A stretch of DNA of 64,000 nt from the NCBI GenBank assembly GCA_002502245.1, contig DAPW01000017.1, positions 39,105 to 103,104 of the forward strand, written 5' to 3'. Shown here piece after piece: positions 1 to 9,208 of this stretch (the stretch's first letter is position 1; the number at the start of each line of letters is the position of its first letter). Source of the stretch: Methanoregula sp. UBA154. GTDB lineage: Archaea > Halobacteriota > Methanomicrobia > Methanomicrobiales > Methanospirillaceae. A program made the position numbers and the translations under genes. The notes below the pieces were generated by a model, which was not told the DNA's origin, ran no database searches, and worked only from the letters and a program-made list of their open reading frames with translations.

Positions 1-108
1 TCACCCGTATACGGGAATCTGATTTTCAGAATTTCCGGGGTGTCTTTTTTCACACCACCCACCAGAAGGGGGTACGTTTTTACCACACACTCACGCTCGT
101 TCATAGTA

Positions 109-794
109 TCATATCGCAGGCTCAGTTACGAGTTCCTGCAGACCGCATTCTCCATACAAACATCCCAAGGGATCCATAAAAAAATGCCTGATCCGGCGGC
201 GGGAGTCTGCAGGGGGGAAACCGACAAAAAAAGGGTTGGAACGGTGTTCAAAAGCCGGGTCAGCCTGACCGGCACACGGTAGACAATATCGTTCGTACCG
301 GACTCCTTCGCGATCATCAGCACAGATGGAATACGTGCTCCAGTCCTGAATCGTGAAGCTATTCTCCACGTGAGTCGTGATGTCAATAAACCGGACACGT
401 GGCACGATCCCGTCATCGACCCGGGTCTTCTTCACCAGGTCCCGTTGCATCCCGGCCTGCCGGGCTTCAGCTGGTCGTTCTCGTCAACAAAGAGGATGTT
501 CGGGTTGATAGTCCCGGCACATGGGGGTGCTGCCGCGAGTCTGAACTTCTGGTCGGGGTAGAGGTACGTGAAACCGGTATGCTCCTGAACGCTTATGCAG
601 GAATAGTTCATTGAAACGGACATTGATAGTCGTGTGGATATCGGCGGTCCATGCAGAGCGGGTGACAGGGAGGGGGTCTGGCAGGTCTGCGGTGCGGCGG
701 GATCCTGCGTTGTGGTTGTCTGCCTGGATATTGCACACCCGGGCGCAATAGCAGGAAGGAGAATAATCATCGCGATACGCAAATATCCGGCCAT
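109..794 (-). pseudogene. Probable frameshifted secreted/lipoprotein gene (fragments 432-794 and 109-450)
   Basis: ORF 432-794 begins with a hydrophobic signal ending in ..APGC, followed by a Thr/Pro-rich linker. It stops while an overlapping protein-like frame (109-450) continues. Confidence 0.35.
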
Positions 795-1021
795 CTTCAG
801 GGTATTCTAGGAAGGTGGACCCACATCCTGATTACATTTTCTGTCGGAGATGCCGCTGTTCTGACGAATCAACGCCTGCGATGAAGGCAAGGGGGGTGCG
901 TACTCCGGGCCGGCTTCGTTCTGCGCACCAGCCTTCCCCGGGAGAAAAACTACTTTGTGCTGTGGCACCAACATTTCTTCACGCACAGCATGGAGCATCC
1001 TGTGAGAGGAAGAGGGGTTTT

Positions 1022-4000
1022 GTGAAGGAAGTTGACGCGAACTTCAATATCAAAGAGATCGAGCGTGCGGTGCAGGTATACTGGCGCACCCATGACACCT
1101 ACCGGGCGGTCCGGCAGCACCGCAGTACGGGGAAGGCGTTCTTTTTCGTAGACGGTCCGCCGTACACCACCGGCCATATCCATATCGGGACCGCGTGGAA
1201 CAAGATCTTAAAAGACAGCATCCTGCGCTACTACCGCATGAACGGGCGCCACGTGATCGACCGGGCGGGGTATGACATGCACGGCCTCCCGATCGAGGTG
1301 AAGGTCGAGCAGGAGCTGGGTTTTGCATCCAAGAAGGACATCGAGAAGTTCGGGATAGAGGCATTTATCGAAAAGTGCCGGGAGTTCGCGGTCACCAACA
1401 AGAAACTGATGGACACCCAGTTCGAGAACCTCGGCGTCTGGCTGGACTTTGCCGGTGCCTACCAGACCGTGAAACCCGAATATATCGAGGCCGCATGGTG
1501 GACGCTTGCGAAAGCCGAAGAGCGGGGGATGCTCGAACGCGGCCACCGGGTCGTGAACTGGTGCCCCCGGTGCGAGACGGCGATCGCGGATGCCGAGGTG
1601 GAGTACTGGGACGAGAGCGACCCCTCGATCTTTGTCAGGTTCCCCCTCCGGGACAAGACCGGCGAATATCTCGTCATCTGGACCACAACCCCGTGGACAC
1701 TCCCGGCAAACGTCGCGGTTGCCGTGGCAAAGGACTTCGAGTATGCGAAGGTGCTCGCAAAGAAAGACGGGCGGGAAGAACTCCTCTGGATCGCAGAACC
1801 GCTCGTAAAAGCCGTGCTCAAGAAAGCACGGTATAAGGACTTCACCATCATCGAAACGAGAAAAGGAGCCGACCTCGCGGGATGGACCTATGATTCCCCG
1901 CTCTGCGCCCAGGTGCCACTCCAGCGGGAGATCGACCACAAGGTCGTTGTCGCAGACTTTGTAACCCTTGAGAATACCGGCATGGTCCATATCGCGCCCG
2001 GCCATGGCTGGGACGACTATGTGCTCGGGACAAAGGAAGGCCTTGCGATCGTCTGCCCGGTAGATGGTGCCGGGAAGTTCCGGGATGAGGCCGGGGTGTT
2101 TGCCGGCCAGTACGTGCGGGACGCAAACGAGAATGTCCTTGTTGCGCTCGGCCCCAACCTGCTCGCGCAGGAGATGGTTGTCCACCGCTACGGCCACTGC
2201 TGGCGCTGCAAGACCCCCATCATCTTCCGGGCCACCTCCCAGTGGTTCCTGAAAGCCTCCGAGATGCGGGACCTGATGCTCTCAGAAGTGGAGAAGGTCA
2301 CGTGGTATCCCGAGTGGGCAGGCAGCGCACGGTTTTATGACTGGATCAAGGAAGCCCGCGACTGGTGCATCTCGCGCCAGCGCTACTGGGGCATCCCGAT
2401 CCCGGTCTGGGTCTGCCCGAAATGCGATGCGTACCGCGTGGTCGGCACGATACAGGAGCTCGAGGAGCGGAGCGGTAAACCGCTGCCGGACCCGCACCGC
2501 CCGTACGTGGACGGGGTCACGATCCCGTGCGAGTGCGGCGGCACCATGAAGCGGGTCGAGGACATCTTCGATGTCTGGTTCGACTCCGCGGTCGCCTCGT
2601 GGGCAACGCTCGGGTACCCGGGGAGGACCGCAGAGTTCGATGCCCTCTGGCCTGCAGACTTCATCACCGAAGGCCAGGACCAGACCCGGGGCTGGTTCTA
2701 CTCGCAGCTCGGTGCCAGCACCATCGCGTTCGGCAAGGCGCCCTACAAGAGCGTCTGCATGCACGGCTTCGCCCTCGATGCCGAGGGCAAGAAGATGTCC
2801 AAGAGTCTCGGGAACGTGGTGAACCCCTCGGACGTTATCGGGAAGGTCGGGGTCGACGTGCTCCGCCTCTACGTCCTTTCGTCATCTGCCCCGTGGGACG
2901 ACCTCAAGTTCAACTGGGAGGGCGTGGGCACGATCAACCGTGCCGTGAATATCCTCTGGAACGTGTACCGCTTCCCGTTGCCGTACATGATCCTCGACAA
3001 ATTCGAACCGCAATCAAAGGACGGGATCTGGGACGATACCTATGTGCGGGCGAATCGTACCCGGATGCCGGACGAGGACCGGTTCATCATCTCCCGGATC
3101 AATTCAGTGGCAGTCACGGTCGATGCCGCGATGAAGGAGTGCCAGCTCCACCGGGCAACCCGGGAGCTGGTGAATTTCATCCTCGAAGACCTCTCGCGCT
3201 GGTACGTCCAGCTCGTCCGGCCCCGCATGTGGCTCGAGGGCGAGAGCGAAGAGAAGGTATTTGCCTACGAGACAATCTACTATGTCATGCGCCGGCTCAC
3301 CGGGCTCCTTGCCCCCTTCTGCCCGCACCTCACCGAGGAGATCTACCGGAACCTGCGGTGTGAGAAGGACCATGCGAGCGTCCACCTGCTGGACTGGAAT
3401 GCCGGCGATACAGAACTGGTGGATGCAACGCTCGAAGGTGCCGTTGCCATTGTCCGCTCGTTTGATGAGGCGTCCCAGAACGCCCGGCAGACCGGCAAGC
3501 GGAAACTCCGGTGGCCGGTAGCGGAAGTGGTCGTGGTCACCAGCTCCGATGCCGTGAAAAACGCCGTTGGCAGGCTCAACGCGGTCTGCATGGACCGGGC
3601 TAATGCCCGTAAGGTCTCGGTTGTCATGGGCAGGTGGGACCGGATCGGCTGGCAAGCCGAGCCCGTGATGAAAGCGCTCGGGAAGGGCTTTGGGAAGAAC
3701 TCGTTCAGGATCAAGGGGCTGATCGAGACCGCAGATGGCAATGCAATCAAGGCTGCGATCGATGCCGGCAAGACATACCAGCTCGGCAGCGACAGCGAGA
3801 CGTTCGGGATCGGAGCGGAGCACGTGACTTTCACCGAGAAACTCCCGGCCGATGTGTTCTCAGCACCTATGACGGACGCGACCGTGTACGTGGATGTAGC
3901 GCTCACGCCTGATCTGGAGGCGGAAGGCTATGCCCGCGAAGTGATCCGGCGGATCCAGGATATGCGGAAGCAGCTCGACCTTGCGGTCGAGGATACCATC

Positions 4001-4207
4001 AATGTCGAGGCATCCGTGGGCGACAAGCGGGTGCTCGCCCTGCTCATGGACAATACACTGATCGCTCTGATCACCGACGAGGTCCGGGCAAAGTTCTTCG
4101 GTTTCTCCAAGGATGGCAGCCAGCCGGACCCGGCACGATTTACGTCAGTGAAGGAGTGGGATGTTGAGGGTATCGCGATGACGATAGGAATTGCGAAGGC
4201 GGAATAA
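1022..4207 (+). CDS. ileS: Isoleucine--tRNA ligase
   Basis: DGPPYTTGHIHIGTAWNK (HIGH-like), WTTTPWTLP editing domain, DWCISRQRYWG, EGQDQTRGWF and KMSKS motifs. The likely start is the GTG at 1022 after a purine-rich RBS, not the ORF-track start at 815. Confidence 0.97.
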   Translation: MKEVDANFNIKEIERAVQVYWRTHDTYRAVRQHRSTGKAFFFVDGPPYTTGHIHIGTAWNKILKDSILRYYRMNGRHVIDRAGYDMHGLPIEVKVEQELGFASKKDIEKFGIEAFIEKCREFAVTNKKLMDTQFENLGVWLDFAGAYQTVKPEYIEAAWWTLAKAEERGMLERGHRVVNWCPRCETAIADAEVEYWDESDPSIFVRFPLRDKTGEYLVIWTTTPWTLPANVAVAVAKDFEYAKVLAKKDGREELLWIAEPLVKAVLKKARYKDFTIIETRKGADLAGWTYDSPLCAQVPLQREIDHKVVVADFVTLENTGMVHIAPGHGWDDYVLGTKEGLAIVCPVDGAGKFRDEAGVFAGQYVRDANENVLVALGPNLLAQEMVVHRYGHCWRCKTPIIFRATSQWFLKASEMRDLMLSEVEKVTWYPEWAGSARFYDWIKEARDWCISRQRYWGIPIPVWVCPKCDAYRVVGTIQELEERSGKPLPDPHRPYVDGVTIPCECGGTMKRVEDIFDVWFDSAVASWATLGYPGRTAEFDALWPADFITEGQDQTRGWFYSQLGASTIAFGKAPYKSVCMHGFALDAEGKKMSKSLGNVVNPSDVIGKVGVDVLRLYVLSSSAPWDDLKFNWEGVGTINRAVNILWNVYRFPLPYMILDKFEPQSKDGIWDDTYVRANRTRMPDEDRFIISRINSVAVTVDAAMKECQLHRATRELVNFILEDLSRWYVQLVRPRMWLEGESEEKVFAYETIYYVMRRLTGLLAPFCPHLTEEIYRNLRCEKDHASVHLLDWNAGDTELVDATLEGAVAIVRSFDEASQNARQTGKRKLRWPVAEVVVVTSSDAVKNAVGRLNAVCMDRANARKVSVVMGRWDRIGWQAEPVMKALGKGFGKNSFRIKGLIETADGNAIKAAIDAGKTYQLGSDSETFGIGAEHVTFTEKLPADVFSAPMTDATVYVDVALTPDLEAEGYAREVIRRIQDMRKQLDLAVEDTINVEASVGDKRVLALLMDNTLIALITDEVRAKFFGFSKDGSQPDPARFTSVKEWDVEGIAMTIGIAKAE

Positions 4208-4222
4208 TTTTTTTCTTTTATC
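4208..4222 (+). terminator. Oligo-T archaeal terminator after ileS
   Basis: T-run (TTTTTTTCTTTT) immediately after the TAA stop. Confidence 0.55.
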
Positions 4223-4256
4223 TCTTCCGAAATTCTTTTTTCCTGTATGAAGCCTC

Positions 4257-4449
4257 CCTCTTGCGCCGCCAGTCCCCCGGGGGGACGGGGCGCATTGCGA
4301 TGATGCCGAATTCTTCATTAAATCATCAGGAAATCTGGAACGGGTAATGCTCCGCCGCGGGGGCGCCCCTTCGGGGGCGGCGGCGTCTATCGTAAGAGTG
4401 GGTATGGGGGCATCAGCCCCCATCATTGCGAATCAGAGAATACAAGAGG
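4257..4449. repeat. GC-rich multi-hairpin element (REP/MITE-like or structured RNA)
   Basis: Short terminal inverted repeat CCTCTTG (4257-4263) / CAAGAGG (4443-4449). Internal hairpins: GTCCCCC-G-GGGGGAC (4272-4286), CGCCCC-TTCG-GGGGCG (4364-4379) and ATGGGGGC-ATCA-GCCCCCAT (4404-4423). Confidence 0.6.
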
Positions 4450-4459
4450 AGTAGCTCTT

Positions 4460-4870
4460 TTCAACCGGATCGCGATTTTGATTTTTCAACCGCGATCACT
4501 ATCCCGATTAAAAACCGATCCGGAAAAATCAGCAATCGATATCCATTTCAAGATCGATCCGCGTTTTTCAGATCAAAATCGGATCCCGATTTTCATTTTG
4601 AAATCGATCCGTGATTAAAAAAACGAATCACGGGTACTTTGCACTGACGAAAGCGATCAATTGCAAACCGATTTTCGTACGAAAAACGGATCGCGATTTT
4701 GGGATCAAAATCGATCCGCGATTTTCATTTTTCAATCGTTCTCCGATTTTTGTTTTCGCATCGCGATCATGTTCGCGATCGAAAACCTGATCCGGATCAA
4801 TCACGGTCCGGGCTTCATTTCAAAATCGAATCCTGATCACTTCGTTTCAATCGCGTTCTGGTTTTTTCTC
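4460..4870. repeat. GATC-dense degenerate repeat array (non-coding)
   Basis: 17 GATC sites counted by eye between 4468 and 4838. Recurring units GGATCGCGATTTT, GATCAAAATCG(G)ATCC and GATTTT(C/G)ATTTT are separated by A/T tracts. Confidence 0.7.
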
Positions 4871-4996
4871 ATAGTATTCAAAGCCTGAATGGTTCTGATA
4901 CATTGAACCTGCAAAATGCCCGGCGGGGTCCTGGTAGTGCGGTCGGGCGATCCCCATGGAGGGCTCATAGTACACACCTCATCTCTAAAAACGGAT

Positions 4997-5737
4997 TTAT
5001 TCAGATTTAACCCCGCCAAGCACCTTCGCGAGAAACACCTTCCCCTCCGCGCTCGTGAACAAGGGAAGATCGGACTCAGCGACCACAGAACTCCGCTCCG
5101 CGGTGACCGTCTCTTTTGTTACCGGGTTGAACCCTTCCTTCTCCATGATCTTTTTGTACACCAACGTACCCCGGCGCTGCCATGCCGGCGTGGTGGCGAG
5201 ATTGACCCCCCGGAGGTGCATCATCTCGTGGAGGTCTTTTGCCTGCAGGCCCTTCAGCTTCTCAGCGGCTTTGCGGGCATTCATTCCTTCGCCGATGAGT
5301 GCCTGCTGGCAGTAGGCATTGATATGGTTGCGCCACGCCTCTGCCTGCCGGTTGGCCAGGTACTCGGCTGCATACGCGGGAGTCGCCGGGATCACCCGGG
5401 CGTCGAATGCAACGGGCATTGTCCCGCCAAGGGCGAGCGTGAAGGAACTGGCAGCATACGATGCCGCTACCGAATCGATCTTCTCGACCCGTCCGCCGAA
5501 CGGGAGCTTCGTGAACCAGAGGCTGATCTCGTCCGAGAACGTGTATGCAAGGTCGGGATTGAGCCCGCTGTCGGCAACGAGCGATGTGCAGGCGGTCACC
5601 ATCGCCTTATGGAAAAATTCGTCAAAGGGCTTCGCAAGCCCGAGGCAGTCCGCAAGACGGTGGAACGCCCGCCCGTCAAGCCGCACAAAAACGGGGGGAA
5701 TGGTTGTGATATTTGCGAATATTTCACGGTTTTCCAT
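4997..5737 (-). CDS. thg1: tRNA(His) guanylyltransferase, Thg1-like 3'-5' polymerase
   Basis: VRLDGRAFH, YTFSDEISL, FDARV and RQAEAWRN motifs typical of Thg1/TLP. Confidence 0.93.
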   Translation of the reverse strand: MENREIFANITTIPPVFVRLDGRAFHRLADCLGLAKPFDEFFHKAMVTACTSLVADSGLNPDLAYTFSDEISLWFTKLPFGGRVEKIDSVAASYAASSFTLALGGTMPVAFDARVIPATPAYAAEYLANRQAEAWRNHINAYCQQALIGEGMNARKAAEKLKGLQAKDLHEMMHLRGVNLATTPAWQRRGTLVYKKIMEKEGFNPVTKETVTAERSSVVAESDLPLFTSAEGKVFLAKVLGGVKSE

Positions 5738-5802
5738 ACGAATACCAAACGGGAGTGCTGAAAAAATATGGGGGGTCTCCCGCTGTTCTTCTTACCGCTC
5801 TC

Positions 5803-6069
5803 TTACTCTTCTACGCCGCTTCCGCCCGCAAAGGCACCCGGCAGGTGGCGGATCAGGACGATATCATCGATCGCGCTGATGATGCGGTAGGGGATCTTGA
5901 GGCCCTTGTAGTTCTTGAGCTCAAAGAGCTGGTCGTTGACCTTACCGACAATGATCGACTCGATCTTCTTCTGGTCCACGTCAATGAGAACATCCTCGAC
6001 CTCGCCGATAAACATCCCCTTGTCCGTATAGATCTGAAGCCCGAACAAATCCGTAATCTGGGTTTCCAT
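5803..6069 (-). CDS. PRC-barrel domain protein
   Basis: LFGLQIYTDKGMFIGEVEDVLID...IPYRIISAIDDIVLI is a PRC-barrel signature. Confidence 0.88.
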   Translation of the reverse strand: METQITDLFGLQIYTDKGMFIGEVEDVLIDVDQKKIESIIVGKVNDQLFELKNYKGLKIPYRIISAIDDIVLIRHLPGAFAGGSGVEE

Positions 6070-6120
6070 CGTTATCAGATGAAAGTATATACTTAAGAGT
6101 TAAAAAGATAATCCTTTGTT

Positions 6121-7254
6121 ATGGACGGGTCTTTTCGGATCGGGAGCCTGTTTGGTATCCCGATACAGATCCATTACACATTCCTCTTAGTCATCCCGCT
6201 CTTTGCCTGGATCATCGGCAGCCAGATCTCCCTGACGGTCGATATGCTCCAGGAGCTCTACCTGGTACCCATTGACCCGGCCCTCATCACGAGCGGATTT
6301 ATGCCCTACATCCTTGGAGGGATCGTATCGCTCGGCCTCTTTTTTGGCGTGCTGGTCCACGAGCTGGCCCATTCGCTCGTTGCCCGGGCAAAAGGAATCG
6401 GCATCAACAGTATCACCCTCATGATCTTCGGCGGGGTTGCATCCATGGAAGAGGGAATACCTGACCCGAAGGTCGAGCTCCCGATGGCACTGGTCGGGCC
6501 GATCGCAAGCCTCTTCTTCGGCATCTTCTGCGGCGGACTCGTCTATCTCGTCCCGGCCCTGATCGCGGACCCGGCCCGTGCCGGGGTCCTCATGTTCCTG
6601 TTCGGTTACCTCGGCATCCTCAACGTTATCCTGTGCTTCTTCAACCTGATCCCGGCATTCCCCATGGACGGCGGCCGGGTGCTCCGGGCATGGCTCGCAA
6701 CCCGGATGCCGCTCCACCGGGCCACCCAGATCGCGGCCGATATCGGGAAGGGTTTTGCTATCGTCTTCGGCATCATCGGGCTCTTTTTCTTCTCCCCGTT
6801 CCTGATCCTGATCGCACTCTTCATCTATATCGGGGCGAACATGGAGTCCGCCGCCGTCAAGTACAGCCACCTCCTGCAGGACGTGACGGTCGGTGACATG
6901 ATGAGCAGCCCGGTAACCACGGTGCCGCCGAACCTCCCGGTCAGCGAGGTTATCACTATGATGTACTCGAGCAAGCACCTCGGCTTTCCGGTCATTGAAC
7001 GGGATACCCTGGTCGGCATGATCACCCTCGCGGACGTGAACCGGACCTCACCCATCGACCGCGAGGCAATGCAGGTGCGGGACATCATGACCCGGGACCT
7101 GATCACCCTCCCGCCGGCAGCCCCGGTCATCGATGCCCTGAAGATCATGTCAGCCCGGGATATCGGCCGGATCCCGATCGTGCAGGACGGCAGGATCCTC
7201 GGCATCGTGACCCGGACAGATATCCTGAAGGTGACGGAGCTCAGGCAGGTTTAG
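6121..7254 (+). CDS. Site-2 protease (M50 family) with tandem CBS domains
   Basis: HELAH zinc motif, FNLIPAFPMDGGR, several TM segments and two C-terminal CBS repeats. Confidence 0.93.
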   Translation: MDGSFRIGSLFGIPIQIHYTFLLVIPLFAWIIGSQISLTVDMLQELYLVPIDPALITSGFMPYILGGIVSLGLFFGVLVHELAHSLVARAKGIGINSITLMIFGGVASMEEGIPDPKVELPMALVGPIASLFFGIFCGGLVYLVPALIADPARAGVLMFLFGYLGILNVILCFFNLIPAFPMDGGRVLRAWLATRMPLHRATQIAADIGKGFAIVFGIIGLFFFSPFLILIALFIYIGANMESAAVKYSHLLQDVTVGDMMSSPVTTVPPNLPVSEVITMMYSSKHLGFPVIERDTLVGMITLADVNRTSPIDREAMQVRDIMTRDLITLPPAAPVIDALKIMSARDIGRIPIVQDGRILGIVTRTDILKVTELRQV

Positions 7255-7264
7255 AGCGGGAGAA

Positions 7265-7350
7265 CCTGATCTGCCGCCGGCAGCTCCACCGGTATTTCCG
7301 GAATGCCGGTTTTCCGGTCAGATCAGGCACGGGACCGGTTGGCCCCGTCC
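7265..7350. terminator. Long stem-loop followed by a T-run between convergent genes
   Basis: CCTGATCTG (7265-7273) / CAGATCAGG (7319-7327) enclose an inner ACCGGTATT..AATGCCGGT stem. A long poly-T follows at about 7354-7368. Confidence 0.5.
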
Positions 7351-7564
7351 GGTTTTCTTTTTTTTTTACTTTGTGGAAATCATTCAGAGAGCTGACGATC
7401 CCGGGGCTTCGCACCGCCGCCGGGGCGCCCCGGTTGTGATAGTGCAGTAGTATACCTGTTTTTACAAAAAACCGAAACGTTTCAAGAAACGTTATGCCGG
7501 GGCAGGGCTGGCGCAAGTGGGGGATGATTCTAACAGGCACTTTTTTTTATCGACCACCGCAGAA

Positions 7565-9208
7565 TCAGAACTGCAGCACCGCATCAATCGCTGATTTTCC
7601 CGCCACCTTCCGGTACGCCTCAATATCCCGGAACGGCCGCTTCGCGATAACCGCTGCCACCTTCTTCTTCCCGATTCCCGGCAGCCATCGGAGTACAGAC
7701 GCTGGCAGCTCATTGATCCGGACCGGCACGGGCAGAGCGGTGACCGATCGCATCCCCCAGTCCACCACAACCACATCGGTGACAGTCCGTACTGGAAGCC
7801 GGAGCGGGACGCCAACAAGGATCGGGTACGATCCCATCTGTCGCCCGAACGATAGATCGCCGGAGACCTCGACCAGTACATCCCGTAGCACCGTACCGAT
7901 GGGAAAGACCATCTGGAGCATCGGGAGATCGATCCTGGTCCGGACAAACTCTTTGAATTGCCGGAACCGCCGGTCGTGCCTGCCGAGCGTATTACTGGTG
8001 AACGCCGGTGTTCCCTCAAACGGCATCACCTGCCGGATGTTCACCCGCCGTATGGAGAGGCCCGCCTTCAGGACGCGGTCGAGGAACTGTTCGTTCAGCT
8101 CGTACGTCTTCTCCGTTTCCCCCGCGAGTCCGCAGACAAAATTGATCCCGGGGAGGAGTTCCGGCACATTGTCCCGCCGTTTCCCGCCCTCTTCGTTGAC
8201 AATCTCAATCGCACGGAAGACCTCGTCAGCATTTGCTTTCAGGTTGTTGGCCGCAACCACGGCCGGGTCGGCGGTCTCCATCCCGAACGCCGCGACATCG
8301 CCGGAGGAATGGTGCCGGATGATCGCCCGCAGGGCTTCCCGCGCCTTTTCCTCGTGCCGGGTGATGGTTGCCGGGTTGGTGTTGTCGATATGCAGGGTTT
8401 TCAGATCCGGAGCTGCGGCGCGGATGGCGGAGAACAGTGCCTCAACCTTTGCGGGTTCCGGTGCCGGGTATTCGCCGGCTCCAGCTCCGTATGCAAGAAT
8501 GTCCGGCTGCCTGCCAACCCGGAAGTGCCGGGCACCGTGGGTATGGAGTGCTGCAACCTCTGCTGCGATTCCTGCGATACCCCGGTACCGTGGCATTCCG
8601 TAGAACGGTTCGGTACAGAACGAGCACCCCCCGGTAGCCCCGTGGGAGCAGCCTCTCGCGGTCTCGAGCTCGCACATCACGAACGGGTAACCGGGGTGCT
8701 GGCTGATAACACTGCTGCCCGCAATGCTCCACGGGTCGGTGCGGGTGTAGTCCAGCAATCCCGCCGGATCGTTCCCGCGTAGGTAATTATCGAGTGCAAC
8801 GGCTGGCTCCCCGGCAAGCAGGGCATCAAACCCGCTGATCACCTGCCGTATCGCCTGCTGTCCTCCCTCAGCGGCGTACCCGAATCCTACCGGGCCACCG
8901 ATCAGCTTCCTAGGGCCATGAACCATGTGCCCGACCTGCTGGATCTCAGTGAGGGTGACGGGTGTGCCTCCAAGATATTTCCCCGGCACCGTGACCCCGG
9001 CGATCATGACCAATAAGTCTGCCTTGTTCAGGTCAGCGGTCCGGAGCGGTTCCTTCCGGAGCTGGTCGATGGTGAGGTACCTGACGGTGAAGTGGTGCTC
9101 AAGAAGTGCCCCGGCAACCGTACGGATATACGGCGAGATGTAAGGCGGCACGCCAAGACATGCGGGCTCGTCCACGTACCCGTCAAGGATGAACGCGGTA
9201 CCACTCAT
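7565..9208 (-). CDS. Radical SAM protein with C-terminal TRAM and helix-hairpin-helix (COG1031-like)
   Basis: DGYVDEPACLGVPPYISPY N-terminus, ETARGC..GGCSFC cluster motif (CX7CX2C), GRQMGSYP TRAM-like segment and LPGIGKK HhH. Confidence 0.85.
   Translation of the reverse strand: MSGTAFILDGYVDEPACLGVPPYISPYIRTVAGALLEHHFTVRYLTIDQLRKEPLRTADLNKADLLVMIAGVTVPGKYLGGTPVTLTEIQQVGHMVHGPRKLIGGPVGFGYAAEGGQQAIRQVISGFDALLAGEPAVALDNYLRGNDPAGLLDYTRTDPWSIAGSSVISQHPGYPFVMCELETARGCSHGATGGCSFCTEPFYGMPRYRGIAGIAAEVAALHTHGARHFRVGRQPDILAYGAGAGEYPAPEPAKVEALFSAIRAAAPDLKTLHIDNTNPATITRHEEKAREALRAIIRHHSSGDVAAFGMETADPAVVAANNLKANADEVFRAIEIVNEEGGKRRDNVPELLPGINFVCGLAGETEKTYELNEQFLDRVLKAGLSIRRVNIRQVMPFEGTPAFTSNTLGRHDRRFRQFKEFVRTRIDLPMLQMVFPIGTVLRDVLVEVSGDLSFGRQMGSYPILVGVPLRLPVRTVTDVVVVDWGMRSVTALPVPVRINELPASVLRWLPGIGKKKVAAVIAKRPFRDIEAYRKVAGKSAIDAVLQF

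Noticed and set aside
815-1021. N-terminal extension of IleRS given in the ORF track
   Set aside because: It is not protein-like. IleRS-like sequence and an RBS begin at GTG 1022. Several other starts were trimmed for the same reason.
4460-4870. CRISPR array or replication origin
   Set aside because: There are no identical repeats with unique regular spacers, no cas genes, no cdc6/orc1 gene and no recognisable ORB G-string boxes.
4145-4888. ORFs 4145-4426, 4426-4614 and 4661-4888
   Set aside because: Their translations are by-products of the palindromic and GATC repeats, with no motifs or clear translation signals.
1208-8782. Long antisense or alternate-frame ORFs (e.g. 1208-2197, 4916-5761, 7494-8603, 7958-8782), and similar ones across the window
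   Set aside because: These are shadow ORFs of GC-rich genes that already have clear family motifs.
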